DNA of 60,638 nucleotides from Macrostomum lignano (lineage: Eukaryota): contig NIVC01002584.1 in assembly GCA_002269645.1 (NCBI GenBank), positions 1 through 60,638 on the forward strand, written 5' to 3'. A model generated the notes under the pieces. The model did not search any database and had not been told where the DNA came from. It saw only the letters and a program-made list of their open reading frames with translations. Of this stretch, positions 1-9,660 are shown piece after piece (within the stretch, counting starts at the first letter, position 1; every line of letters begins with the position of its first letter). Both the position numbers and the translations under genes were made by a program.

Positions 1-170
1 TTGAATCAGTAATATACTATAAATATATCTCATTTTAGTATTTTAGTATTTTAGTTTAGGAATTTATGCACCCCTCGCAATTAAACATGACAATTGATAA
101 TTGAAAAAGTGATAATTTACGATATCTACGCTCGTAGCAAAAATATTTTATCTTCTGATTTCCTTCACAG

Positions 171-3100
171 AAACATCTTGGTGGTGCGTCCGGCGGAACT
201 CTTGCCAAAGCACCATCGGCAAGATGGACCGCTGCTTAGTCCGCGTGATGGACGCGACAGGATCGCAACCTTCAACGAACTCATCCGACAGGACGCTCGT
301 GAAAAAGTGAGCAGCATACCGATTCAATATGCAAATTTCCTCCATATTTATTTTGCAATCTTCGTCACTGTTCACTCATTCACACAATTCATTCACTGTC
401 CCAGTCACCTGTTCACTCATTCACCAATTCATTCACTGTCCCAGTCACCTGTTCACTCATTCACCAATTCATTCACTGTCCCAGTCACCTGTTCACTCAT
501 TCACCAATTCATTCACTGTCCCAGTCACCTGTTCACTCATTCACCAATTCATTCACTGTCCCAGTCACCTGTTCACTCATTCTGCAATTCATTCACTGTC
601 CCAGTCACCAGTTCACTCATTCTGCAATTCATTCACTGTCCCAGTCACCAGTTCACTCATTCTGCAATTCATTCACTGTCCCAGTCACCTGTTCACTCAT
701 TCACCAATTCATTCACTGTCCCAGTCACCTGTTCACTCATTCACCAATTCATTCACTGTCCCAGTCACCTGTTCACTCATTCACCAATTCATTCACTGTC
801 CCAGTCACCAGTTCACTCATTCTGCAATTCATTCACTGTCCCAGTCACCAGTTCACTCATTCACCAATTCATTCACTGTCCCAGTCACCTGTTCACTCAT
901 TCACCAATTCATTCACTGTCCCAGTCACCAGTTCACTCATTCTGCAATTCATTCACTGTCCCAGTCACCAGTTCACTCATTCTGCAATTCATTCACTGTC
1001 CCAGTCACCTGTTCACTCATTCACCAATTCATTCACTGTCCCAGTCACCTGTTCTTGACTTACTTGACTTAGCTGCAGGGTGGTCCGTAGACACAGCGGG
1101 GAGGCGAGGGTCGCCCATTCCGCCAGCCCCTGAAGGCCCGCAGACAGGCAGAGGCGTGGGGCCGGTCAGGGTGGTCCGCCGGTCCGTCCTGCAGCGTGAT
1201 CTTCCGTGGGGAAGAAACTGGCTCGTCTAGTCGCCCGAAGGAACTGGATGAGCCGTGGGATGCTGTCGGGCTGGCAGACCTCGTCAATGGACGGGTTCGG
1301 CCCGAGGTAGCGTAGCCGGTCTCTGTTAAAGAAGGGGCAGTGACAAACAAAGTGCTGAGCATCTTCATTGTCGCACTCGCAAAAGGGGCAAATTTCGCTC
1401 TCGAGGTCGCCTCGGAGGAAGCAGTGCCTGGCGAGGTAGCCATGGCCGGTAAGGGTCATGACAAGGGCTCGAATATCCTTCCGATTCTGGTTCAGAAGGA
1501 TGTTTCTGAGCCTGCGAGACGGGCAAGGAACCGCGGCACGAGATTGCCGGCAGTTTTGGGTGCCCGCCCATCTGTCCCTGTGGAGGGAGTCAGCCCAGTC
1601 GTCGATCTGACGATTGATGACTGTCAAGGGCATAGGGACCAGGGGGGCAGGGCCGAAGAAAGAGCCAGAGCCGCCCCTCTTGGCGAGGGTGTCTGCCAGC
1701 TCGTTCCCCGGAAACCCTGCGTGCCCTGGGATCCACTTCAGCCTGACAGTATTGCTTCTGGCCAGGAGGTTGAGCTGCCGGGCGCAGTCGGCGACTGTCC
1801 GGGAGTTCGTTGTGGTGTGGCAAAGGGCCTGTAAGGCCGCTTGGCTGTCGGAGTGGATGACAATAGTCTTTCCTCTCGTAACCTTGGCGTTCAGCTCTGC
1901 AGCTCAGGAGCTGATGGCCAGGACTTCGTTCTGGAAGACTGTGGAGAGTCTACCAGTGTGCTGGGCATGCGTGGCAATTACGCGGCCGTTGATGATGATG
2001 CAGACCCCAAAGCCGGCGCGACCGTCTTTGATGGATCCGTCCGTGTAGCAATGGACCTCCTGGAAATTCCAGTGGTCATTGGCAGCATCCCTAGAGGGGA
2101 TGGTGACCTTGTAGCGCTGAAAGAGATTGAGAGTGCGGGGTTCGCCGTCAGATAGGACGTGGAGCCCGCTGCTGTCTCTCAAGTCCTTGAGGCAGAGGTC
2201 AGCGTGGGGCAGAAGCTTGCGCTTAGCCATGGCCCTATGGGGCTGGATTCGAGTGCCAGCGTCAGCTAGACGGCGGGCAGTCTTAGCCGCTTCCCTGCGG
2301 ACAAAGATGTCCAGCGGAGGAATGTTAAGGAAGGCGTTGAGGCCATCGTAAGGAGCAGACGGAGGGGCGCTCATGATCGTGCGACATGCGCGCCCTTGCG
2401 CTCTCCTGAGAGCCTCTAGACAGGTCTTTATCTGCAGGGCGCTAGCCCAGATCAGGCCGCCATACGAGATAGCGGGCCTAACCATTGCAGTGTAGATCCA
2501 CCAGAGGCGCTTGGGGGTGAGCCCCCAGGTGGTGCCGACAGCCCTGCGCAATTGCGCGAGGACTGCGAAGGCCTTTTTGGCTTTTGTTTGAACGTGGGGT
2601 GACCAGTTCAGCCTGTGGTCCAGGGTAATACCCAGACATTTAGTCTACTTGCAGAAGGGGATTTCCCTTCCGTAAAGCGTGAGCGGCCGAATCCGCCACT
2701 TGGTCCTGCTGGTGAACATGATCGCTGCGGTCTTAGTCTCAGAGAGCCTTAAACCACAGCGCTCCGCCCATTGCTCAGCGGCGTAGATAAAGTTCTGAAG
2801 AAGGTCCCTGAGGGTATCAGGGGACGGACCAGATGCCACCGCGGTGACATCGTCCGCATATCCAACTTTCAGAATGGGGTCAGGCCGAACATCCCGGAGG
2901 AGCTCATTGATGACCATATTCCAGAGAACTGGAGACAGCACCCCACCTTGCGGGCTACCTTTGCAGACGGGACCGTCCTCTGGTAGCCCAGCAGACTGGC
3001 GGTGGCCGTGCGATGGCTGATCATGTACATGATCCATCTGGTGAGATGTGAGTGCGTTTGCCTCTCACAAAGAGCTCTTCGGAACGCCTCAAAGAGGACG

Positions 3101-6100
3101 TTATCGAAGGCGCCAATGATGTCCAGGAAGATCCCCAGAGCAAAGCCATTACCAAGCACGGCCTTCTCGAGTTTATCGACCAGGACGTGCAGCGCGCTTT
3201 CAGTGGAGCGACCCGCCCGAAAAGCGTGCTGGTTCTCGCTGAGAGGTTTGTTCTTCAGCTCAACAGAGAGAAGGCGCCAAAGCACCAGTCTCTCCATCAG
3301 CTTGACCAGGGAGGAGGTCAAGCTGATCGGTCTGAAGGATTTGATAGAATGGTAGTCCGGGCGGCCTGGCTTAGGGATTAAGATCACCTTTGCCTCGGTC
3401 CATGCCTGTGGGACATAACCAAGCGTGATGCATGCCCGAAGAAGGCTGCAAAGTTTGCGCAGGAAGCCTGGGCATTCAACCGCCTCTCTTAGGAGGGCCG
3501 GTACAATGCCGTCGGGTCCTGGGGCTTTGAAAGGCTTGAAGGAATTTGCCGCTCTCACGATGCGGTCCTCCGTGATGATAGAGGCAGCCAGCGCGTGACC
3601 TCCCTCCGAGTGATCCGGAGTGGTCTGGTTAGCTGGCTCGTTGGGGGAAAAACGCAGTGAGCATTACATCAAGCGTTTCCTCTGGGTTGTCCGTGGACGT
3701 ACCGTCGGTGCGTTTGACCGAGGAGAGCTTAGACATTTTGTCCAGCGTGAGCGCTTTCACAACTCTGGAGGTGGGGCGTGAGCCCTCTAGCTCCTCACAG
3801 TATTGTCGCCATTTTTGAGCCTTTGCATTCCTAACCTGCCTTTTAAACTCATGGATTGCTTCATGATAGGCGGTTTGGTCTGCAGGGCTCTTAGTTTTAG
3901 TTGCTCTGCGGTGGAGTCTCTTAGCCCTGCGACGGAGGTTGCCGAGCTCGGGATTCCACCACGGCGCCGATTTTTTCCCTTTCTAGGCTTTTAAAGGCAG
4001 GACGCCTCAAAGGCGGCGGTTAGCGTCTCTTTCAAAACAGTCGCGCACTCATCCGCCTCTCGGCACGACGTGATCGTGGATGGTTGGCCAGGAGACCGAT
4101 GGAATTAATTCAGGGCGAGCCCGAAGGTTTCCCAATCAGTATTTCTGGCGTTCCGTCTCCACGTAGCACGAGTTGCGCTACGCGCGGCCATTAGGTTGAA
4201 GGAGATGAACTTGTGATCCGAGAGTGAGGACACTGGAAGCACCCGCCACGCCCCAATACTCTGGTAGAGTCTGGGCGTTGCGAGCGTAGCGTCGATCACC
4301 TCCGACCACCGTCCGTTGTCAAAGGTAGGGGTGGACCCAGAGTTGCAGAACTCGAGGGTCGTAGAGGCAACGTAGGCTAGGAGGTCTTCGCCTCTCTGAT
4401 TAATGCCAGTGCTGCCCCAGTGAGTGTGGTGGGCGTTGATGTCGCCGGCAACCATTAGCTCGTAGTTTTTGGCAGAGCAAAGCTCTACCAGCGTAGCGAG
4501 GGCTCTGGGGACGACCGCAGCATCGCCTGGTAGGTAAACCGAGGCAATGAGGGTGGTCTTCCCAGGAAGAAGGTCCTCGGATTGGATGACGCAGATGTCC
4601 CTGTTGGACAGGTCCGATCTGAGCCACCACTGAGCGTTTTGCTCGCAAAGATGCAAGCTCTGGGAGGCTGGTTGGCCTCGCGAGGGTAAGTAAAAAAAAA
4701 CAATTGTAGCCAGCAGGGGCGTTTTGAGGCTTACCTCTGAGAGTCCAGGGTTCCTGGACGAGGATGAGCCCCGGCTTGTCGAGCTCGGCGTAACGCATAA
4801 GGTTGACCGAGGCTGCGACGCAGTGCTGCAGATTAATCTGCAGGCAATGGATTCCCTGGTTGCTGATCATTATCACGCAGTTGGGGAATCGTTGAGCAGG
4901 TCATCCTCCTCCTTTTCAGTGGTGGGTGACCCGCAGACCTCCATGGGAGTTTCAGCGTCCTCAGCAGTTAGGGTGGCTGTGGAGTCCTCCGCGGACGTGA
5001 GCCCAGCGTGGACGTTACCGTCGCCTCCCCTGCGTGCTTCGGTGCTGTCACTGCCCGTCCCCTTTGCCTCGTCGGTCAGGTCGATGCGGGTGGCGCCAGC
5101 CTCCTGGTGAGTCACAGACTCGAACCAGTCGGTCGGAGCCTCCCCGCTTAGAGTCTGGCCTTCTGGCTGTTGGGGTGGAGCGCGAGAAGCGCGGGCCCGC
5201 TCACGATGCGCACGAAGGTTCTTGGCCTGGTCCAGCGCGCGCTGGATCAGGCCGGACCTCCGGGTGCTCCTGGCGGGTCTGCGATTGCGATTTCCGGTTT
5301 CAGCAGCGCGAACTGCCTTACCGGGCATAGGATCGGCCGTTTGCCTCGGCTTCTTTGCCGGAGGAGCCCGGGCCCCAGTTCCGGTTTCGGAAGCCTTGGC
5401 ATTCTTGGCTTCATCAGCTTTCCGCTCCTCGCAGCGGAGGATGGTCAGCTGAGTCAGACCAATATGAATTGTGGGCTTAGGCGGAAAGCGCTTAGCCCAG
5501 TCATCAGAGAGCCCTAGGATCACCGTAGCCCCCTTCTCCTTGCGGGAAGTGGCGTGGTGTAGGAGCCCGTTGACCTCAAGGTGGGGTGCAGCTTTAGCAA
5601 TTTTTGCCTAAGCTGATCTCCGGACTTAATGGCACTGCCGGCCGGGATCCAGACGCGAAAGCGCTGGGTCTTTTGTCGTTCGCCCTCGCTAGCGAAGACG
5701 AGCTTGCCGAGCTTCTTGGGCCAGTTCAGCTTTGGCAGAAGCTCGCGTAGATTGCGGCTGCTCTCCTCCGAGCTGCACCAGATGAAGATGCAGCCGTCGG
5801 TCTTGGCAGACTTGACCACGCTCACAGGGCGGCCCGCCAGGAGCTGGTCGATGAGCGCAGCATCGATGGTGCACCAGGCACTGTCGAGCTCGTCGGCCGT
5901 GAGGTCCTGCTCTTCCCCGAAGACGATGACCGCCGGTTGGAGCTTGACCTTTGAGGCGTAGTTGGTGGCGGCGGTTCCCGAAGGCCCGGCCGCGCTTGTA
6001 GCAGGTATACTGGGTGGCTCACCAGCGGGGGTTGTATCCTGGGGGGCAGGGGTTGCTGTGGTTCCTTTCGGCCCAACAGCAGCCTCGCCCTCCCTAGGTT

Positions 6101-8320
6101 CCCCCTCCGCCGGTGGCCGGCCCGCAGTACCCCGTAGTCACCTGTTCACTCATTCACCAATTCATTCACTGTCCCAGTCACCTGTTCACTCATTCACCAA
6201 TTCATTCACTGTCCCAGTCACCTGTTCATATATTTTGTCATAACTAGCCAGCTATCACGGTTATGTGGTTTTTCAGCAGTGCATTTTTGTTTTGTGATTC
6301 AAATAGTTATTTTTATTACCTAATTGTTGTTAGATCAACGAATATTTGCCGGCTCAGAGCTTCGGTCCGCTGAAGGAAACAGTCAGCGTCCTGCAGAAGG
6401 TGGCTACGTTTCTGCGAGCCTATAGGTTGCAAGACGTTGCTGCTTCTGGGCTCCAACTTGATTTAGAAAGTTTCGGCGCGTGCTGCACCCTGTGGATGAA
6501 ATACTACCTTCGAAGAAAGAAAGTTTACGAGGCTCGCCGCAGGGTAAGCAAATTTAACATGTTACAATCACTCGCATTAAAGTGCAAAAAATTATTTTTA
6601 AAGAAGTACACTACACTGGAGCTAGCGATGTCCTCGTAGGGTTTCACTAAAGTATTTATTAAACATTTTTAGACTTTTAAGAGCAAACTTAAAGACGTTG
6701 TTAATTGTACGGTCGCGGACGGCATCAGATGGCTCGAGGATCCCGACAAGGAACTAAAGGTGAGTGGAAATAATGACCAGAATTTTTATCAAGTGCTAAA
6801 CTTCCGTTAGGAATGACCAGAAAACCAATTAGCATCCTGCCGCCATCTTCCCACTGACTTTATTCAGGCCTACTGTCTTTACCTCTAACCGTGTACTCAG
6901 TCATCAACCTAACTAATAAAAAACCATTCATTGTTAATGACGACAAACTGTTCTATATCAGTAACAAACCTAATTAAGTTACATTATTTCGAAATTGTAA
7001 CGACAGCAAAACGTCCCTTTCTTCAGGTGGAAAGCCACAAGACGGACTCCGAATACGGCTCCGCCAAGATAAACGTGAGCGAGTGTCGCCAGCTGCTCCA
7101 GCGGGTCGTTGAAGAACGTGTCAAAGAAGGCCCTACGGAGCCTCTGCTTCGAATTCCCTATGGCGATTTCGGCAGACTATTTGCGGCTTACAGAGAAAAG
7201 TTCAACCCGATTCTCAGTGGCGTCACACACACAGACTTCCGCAAATTTGTCGAGACTAGGGTAAGTTTCTACACTTTCGTCTAAACGACAATATAATTTT
7301 GCCTATTCTCTGACTTAGTCACATTCTTAGGCAATAAGGGTTCACTCATTCAACAATGCATTCACTTTCCCAGTCATCTATTCACTCATTTAGCAATGCA
7401 CTCACTCTCCCGATCACCTGTTCACTCTCCCGATCACCTATTCACTCATTCAGCAATGCACTCACTCTCCCGATCACCTGTTCACTCTCCCGATCACCTA
7501 TTCACTCATTCAGCAATGCACTCACTCTCCCGATCACCTGTTCACTCATTCAGCAATGCACTCACTCTCCCGATCACCTGTTCACTCATTCAGCAATGCA
7601 CTCACTCTCCCGATCACCTGTTCACTCTACCGATCACCTGTTCACTCATTCAGCAATGCGTTCACTCTCCCGATCACCTGTTCACTCATTCAGCAAAGCG
7701 TTCACTCTCCCGATCACCTGTTCACTCATTCAGCAATGCGTTCACTCTCCCGATCACCTGTTCACTCATTCAGCAAAGCGTTCACTCTACCGATCACCTG
7801 TTCACTCATTCAGCAATGCGTTCACTCTCCCGATCACCTGTTCACTCATTCAGCAATGCACTCACTCTCCCGATCACCTGTTCACTCATTCAGCAATGCA
7901 CTCACTCTCCCGATCACCTGTTCACTCATTCAGCAATGCACTCACTCTCCCGATCACCTGTTCACTCATTCAGCAATGCACTCACTCTCCCGATCACCTG
8001 TTCACTCTCCCGATCACCTGTTCACTCATTCAGCAATGCGTTCACTCTGCCGATCCCCCTGTTCACTCATTCAGCAATTCAGTCACATTTAGCGTCATCA
8101 GGTCACTTATTTATCTTGAAGAAAAAAGGCGACAGTTTATAAGTTTCTTTAATGAAACAATAAAAAATTATAGGGTCTACTGGAAGGACACGACCTGAAA
8201 GTCCTTGGTAACCGCCTGAACCACAGCACCGAGGTTGCCATGGCACACTACCAGGTTCACACGGATGCGTATCGGCGTGCCGGGCCCGTATCGTTGATAA
8301 AATCGTTTCGGCCGCTATAA
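171..8320 (+). CDS. Intron-containing tyrosine recombinase (DNA breaking-rejoining, Crypton-like) gene, 5'-incomplete; exons 171-306, 6334-6543, 6673-6759, 7027-7260, 8174-8320
   Basis: Each exon is bounded by AG/GT and all four junctions join in phase 0. The spliced product contains VESHKT..YGSAKINV (catalytic Lys hairpin), VTHTDFRKFVET (box II Arg) and LGNRLNHSTEVAMAHYQ, with His and Tyr 9 residues apart as in lambda Int H333/Y342. The first catalytic Arg was not found, so the gene may be defective or an exon may be missed. Confidence 0.72.
365..1054 (+). repeat. 40-bp minisatellite (GTTCACTCATTCACCAATTCATTCACTGTCCCAGTCACCT), about 17 copies, in intron 1 of the recombinase gene
   Basis: Direct reading of tandem units. 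It explains the repetitive ORFs 94..1230 and 329..1072. Confidence 0.97.
1043..1054 (+). repeat. Left target-site duplication AGTCACCTGTTC of the LINE (right copy 6136-6147)
   Basis: An identical 12-mer lies immediately on both sides of the element, and the minisatellite phase resumes at 6136. Confidence 0.9.
1166..4876 (-). pseudogene. LINE ORF2 (APE-RT-RNase H-zinc finger), disrupted
   Basis: ORF pieces 4400-4876, 4105-4656, 2869-3558, 2645-3037, 1904-2551 and 1166-1633 form one pol protein. It is broken by frameshifts (poly-A run near 4695, near 4650, near 2965) and in-frame stops (TAG at 2645, TGA at 1904). Confidence 0.92.
4873..6135 (-). pseudogene. LINE ORF1 (gag-like), open to the 5' boundary without a start codon, one frameshift near 5560
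   Basis: ORFs 5520-5825 and 4873-5523 lie directly upstream of, and abut, ORF2. The frame reads open back to the insertion boundary. Confidence 0.75.
6136..6228 (+). repeat. Continuation of the 40-bp minisatellite on the right of the LINE
   Basis: Same unit as 365-1054, about 2.3 copies. Confidence 0.95.
7341..8085 (+). repeat. 40-bp minisatellite (TTCACTCATTCAGCAATGCACTCACTCTCCCGATCACCTG) with 20-bp half-unit slips, in intron 4 of the recombinase gene
   Basis: Direct reading. The unit aligns without gaps to the intron-1 unit. Confidence 0.96.
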
Positions 8321-8942
8321 AAAGAGTAAGTTTTTCAGTTTTTAAGACTCTTCGGGTTATAATGATATAATAATATACGTGTGCGTATAATAGTTTTACA
8401 TACCATAGTCACATAAAGTACGTATAATAGCTTTTAAAAATTTGTATTTTAAATAATCTAACTATTTAGATTACTACTTAACTAATGAACCTTTTCGAAT
8501 TTTCTATAAACTTTTCAATTGTCCGTTTAATTTTTAGCTCACTGTAAATAACTAAATTTTACCTGCCCCTGATCACTAAATTTTGCTTCAGTGTTTGCAA
8601 AGCATTGTAAAATTTTCTTCCTACAAACGGTCTATCCTTTTGCTCTCTTTCTTACTTAGTTTTTGCATTTTTGCTTTTCTGTTTGCTTGCTTTTGCTCTT
8701 TCCAATTTTTTGTTTTTCATTTATCTTTCTGCCTATCTCTATTGCTTTTCGCTATGTAAATATTTGAAACTTTTATTTTTTATTATTTGTACTGTACAGC
8801 TTCGATACAAACACATTAAAAGAATGAAAAAACTCTTATGTCAAATAAGAATAAAATCTCTTACAATACATGCGAAATAGAAAGCCCAGAATGAATAGTT
8901 CAAATACGACCTGTTCATAGTTCTTATCATTTAACAAATATT

Positions 8943-9660
8943 AAGTGCATGTAATAGTGTCCGAATAGATGGGCCAGCTATATTGGAGCAAAGTGCATGT
9001 AATAGTGTCTGAATAGATGGGCCAGCTATATTGGAGCAAAGTGCATGTAATAGTGTCCGAATAGATGGGCCAGCTATATTGGAGCAAAGTGCATGTAATA
9101 GTGTCCGAATAGATGGGCCAGCTATATTGGAGCAAAGTGCATGTAATAGTGTCCGAATAGATGGGCCAGCTATATTGGAGCAAAGTGCATGTAATAGTGT
9201 CTGAATAGATGGGCCAGCTATATTGGAGCAAAGTGCATGTAATAGTGTCCGAATAGATGGGCCAGCTATATTGGAGCAAAGTGCATGTAATAGTGTCTGA
9301 ATAGATGGGCCAGCTATATTGGAGCAAAGTGCATGTAATAGTGTCCGAATAGATGGGCCAGCTATATTGGAGCAAAGTGCATGTAATAGTGTCCGAATAG
9401 ATGGGCCAGCTATATTGGAGCAAAGTGCATGTAATAGTGTCTGAATAGATGGGCCAGCTATATTGGAGCAAAGTGCATGTAATAGTGTCCGAATAGATGG
9501 GCCAGCTATATTGGAGCAAAGTGCATGTAATAGTGTCTGAATAGATGGGCCAGCTATATTGGAGCAAAGTGCATGTAATAGTGTCCGAATAGATGGGCCA
9601 GCTATATTGGAGCAAAGTGCATGTAATAGTGTACGACTAGATGGGCAGGCTGTAGTAATA
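8943..9660 (+). repeat. 48-bp minisatellite (AAGTGCATGTAATAGTGTC(C/T)GAATAGATGGGCCAGCTATATTGGAGCA), about 14.5 near-identical copies
   Basis: Direct reading. It produces the 16-aa repeating ORFs 8931..9701 and 8941..9615. Confidence 0.97.

Larger units (their letters stand above)
1055..6135 (-). mobile_element. Non-LTR retrotransposon (LINE, LOA/Lian-like with RNase H), 5'-truncated and decayed
   Basis: ORF1 followed by APE endonuclease (QINLQH, LVQEPW, AGDINAH, SDH), RT (KAPGPDG, FRPISL, QGGVLSP, YADD), RNase H (CYTDGS, FQNEVLAI) and a C-terminal CxxC..H..C finger (CPFCECDNEDAQHFVCHC). The 3' tail is TAAGTCAAGTAAGTCAA and there is a 12-bp TSD. Confidence 0.93.

Noticed and set aside
94-1230. 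Long ORFs 94..1230 and 329..1072 (HSLSQSPVHSF repeats)
   Set aside because: These are read-through of the 40-bp minisatellite, which lacks stops in these frames. Only 171-306 is supported as an exon.
7356-8198. Three overlapping long ORFs
   Set aside because: All three frames are open because of the stop-free tandem unit, and they lie in a GT-AG intron.
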